Shown piece by piece: positions 61,855 to 64,000 of a stretch of 64,000 nucleotides of DNA (its first letter is position 1; each line of letters starts with the position of its first letter). The DNA is taken from NCBI GenBank assembly GCA_047495785.1, contig JBLDXI010000038.1, positions 310,001 through 374,000 on the forward strand, read 5' to 3'. The translations under genes and the position numbers were made by a program. The stretch is from Lepidodermella squamata (taxonomy: Eukaryota; Animalia; Gastrotricha). The notes under the pieces were generated by a model, which made no database searches, was not told the origin of the DNA, and saw nothing but the letters and a program-made list of their open reading frames with translations.

Positions 61855-63692
61855 TTAATAGTCGCTGTTCAAACTGGTTCGAACCGGCGGCAGAATCGTG
61901 CCACTGCTACCCATGAATGATGGCTGATGAGCAGTCGGGTGGGCATGATCGAATTGAGATTGAGATTGGGGTTGCGTACCTTCGAGATCTGCGCGGCGAA
62001 CGTGTCCAATCAGCTGGAAACGAGCCCGCCTTGAAAGACCGTCCATCGCCTTAATCTTACTGGCCATCGATGGCGGTTGCTTGGCTGGAATCTTACCACC
62101 AAGGAGATAGCTAGGCAGATCCACGGTCGGTGGGCTGAGGTCCCGAGGCACAAAGCCTAGATCACCCGGCTTATAGTGAGGCAGAACCGCGGCTAATTCA
62201 GGCAAGTTTCCAGTCCTGAGGTACGCAGACTGAGCACGGCTAGTTGGGCTAGCCATTGACATGGATCGCGTAGTTGCTTCAGTTCCCCAAGCTGTAGGTG
62301 GCGGCATCCGCTTGATGTTATCAAATTGCGGGCCTAACTTCAGGTCAGCGGCAGTGCCAAGAACTTGCATCAAACTGAAGAGCAGAGAATTTCTTGACTC
62401 AGTTGCTCGCATTTGAACTGCCTCGTCGCTGAGACCAGCGAGCGGCTCGGAAAGAACAGACGACACGCTATCAGCGCATTGACGTAGGACAGATCTAAGC
62501 CTGTCAGCAATAACTCGCTCATCGGCTAGTTGCCTCTGAGTTTCTGCCAGCTGACCGCACACTGACTCATGCCTATCCAGCAGCTCTTCCATCTTTTCAC
62601 GTACACCCGAAACTTGATCTGTGAGGACTTCGCGGTCTTTTTGAATCTCTTCTAGCGAAGCAATCTTCTGTTGAGCGTCCTTGAGGGAAAACTCCATATC
62701 CTTGCAACGCTCGGTCATCATTTGGAGGACCTCGGCACCACCTGCCAGTTTTCGTGCCATCAATTTTTCCTGCTCTTCCAAAATTCCAATCTTCCGCTTG
62801 TGCTCCTTCTCTTTTTGCCTCAAATCGTCGTTTTCGGACACGAGCTCTAGTGCTTTATCACTGAGTTTCTTAAGCTGCTCTTGCATAGCAACGTTTTCAC
62901 GAATCGTTCGTTTCGTGGTTTCAGCCATTTGTTTGTTTGAGACCCGGCGGAATTCTGCAGCCATTTCGTTCACTTTGACTGAAATTTCATTCTTCAATCT
63001 GTTTTTATCTTCGACGTTCTTGCGTTCAAGCAAATAGATGACTTCTTTCTGATGTTCTTCCTGGCGTTTCAAGTCATCCAATAACCGCTTGTTTTCGCGT
63101 TCATGCTCCTCGCGCTTAACCTAAAATTGTTCATATGCTTCATGAAATCCCTCGATTATTTAATCGAACCGTACCTTGAATTCTTCGAGGGCGTCCAGGT
63201 TATTTTTAAGCACCGTGTTCTCGTGAGTGAGCCGACTGACGTCTTCTGAATTTTTCTTACGCATCTCGGCCAGCTGCTTTTCATAATTTTCTTTTTCTGT
63301 ATCGCGCTCCTGTTTGACACCGACGATTCGATCCAATAAATCAGTGATCTCATTTTCTGAAGAAAACATGCCGTCATGTGAATATTGGTTGTCAAAAGAT
63401 GCTTACCCTTTTGAACCAATGCCGTTTTGTAGTGTTCGATGCGTTCCTTCATCTCATCTTTTAGCAGATGAATCGAGTCGACTTCACCTTTCCGGCCAAC
63501 TTCAAGTTCATAGCATTTTTCTTGATAGCGGCCAAGCTGTTTCTCCAAATCTCGAACCTGAACGAGAAAGTATTCACGGGTGTTCTCCGGTGGCGGCTTT
63601 TCGAGCTCAGTTTCCAAGACTGGGTCCTGCTTTTCCTTCTTTTTCTTGCCCTTTTTATCACCCGCCGACTTTTTTGCCTTTTTCGGCGGCAT
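61855..63692 (-). CDS. CFAP157: Cilia- and flagella-associated protein 157, multi-exon
   Basis: MPPKK Lys-rich start, EYFLVQVRDLEKQLGRYQEKC, LDALEEFK, AAEFRRVSNKQMAETTKRTIREN. Confidence 0.85.
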
Positions 63693-64000
63693 TTCTTATT
63701 TGATGTAACACTATAACAAACAGTATAATGGCATTTATAAGCAATAAAAATACCTATGAAAATGTTTCTGTTGGCAAATTTTCTATGCGGAGATTATAAA
63801 GAAACCGCCCAGATATGGCATTCTATGCTATCGCATCCATGAAAGTCTCGACTGAAGAAGCAAGTAGAGAGGAAACCCAGAGATTTGTGATGTTTTCCAA
63901 GCTTCATATATTGAGACTTGAAACGTCAGTTTACGTCTACAGTCACATCGTTTATTACGGCTTGCTTTTCAGAGAAAGATGCGCAGCTAGCCAACTAATG

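Overview
Compact, gene-dense animal (invertebrate-type) genomic DNA with short GT-AG introns (mostly ~45-80 nt). The sequence does not identify the organism. Protein genes, in order: an intronless O-methyltransferase (-); two tandem thioester-containing proteins (TEP/CD109-A2M family, +) with two tiny orphan genes between them (-); tektin-4 (-); CP110 (+); a claudin-superfamily protein (-); casein kinase I delta/epsilon (-); BBS9 (+); a RING/FLYWCH fusion (-); a divergent TRPM channel (-); FIH-1/HIF1AN (-); a co-oriented run of RRM/Gly-rich/CCHC protein, Sec24A/B, GGA, ERI2-like, PDAP1 and CPSF4 (+); and CFAP157 (-). Mobile DNA comprises three LINE fragments, a Penelope-like remnant with a hammerhead-like motif, a MITE and a foldback element. 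The standout is 51.8-55.3 kb, which has no real ORF. It is a spliced non-coding unit of ~15 mini-exons in which each of 14 consecutive introns carries one box H/ACA-type RNA: 5 families in the order E-C-D-C-A-A-B-A-B-C-A-B-A-A, with compensatory base changes between copies. It runs straight into the GGA start codon, and three more H/ACA candidates sit in oversized introns of the flanking Sec24 and GGA genes (17 candidates in ~5.6 kb). Other notable items are mutually exclusive bait-region exons in TEP2, a Mutator-transposase-derived RING fusion, and operon/trans-splicing-like gene packing. All folds and rRNA targets were derived by eye using remembered conserved rRNA sequences and need computational confirmation.
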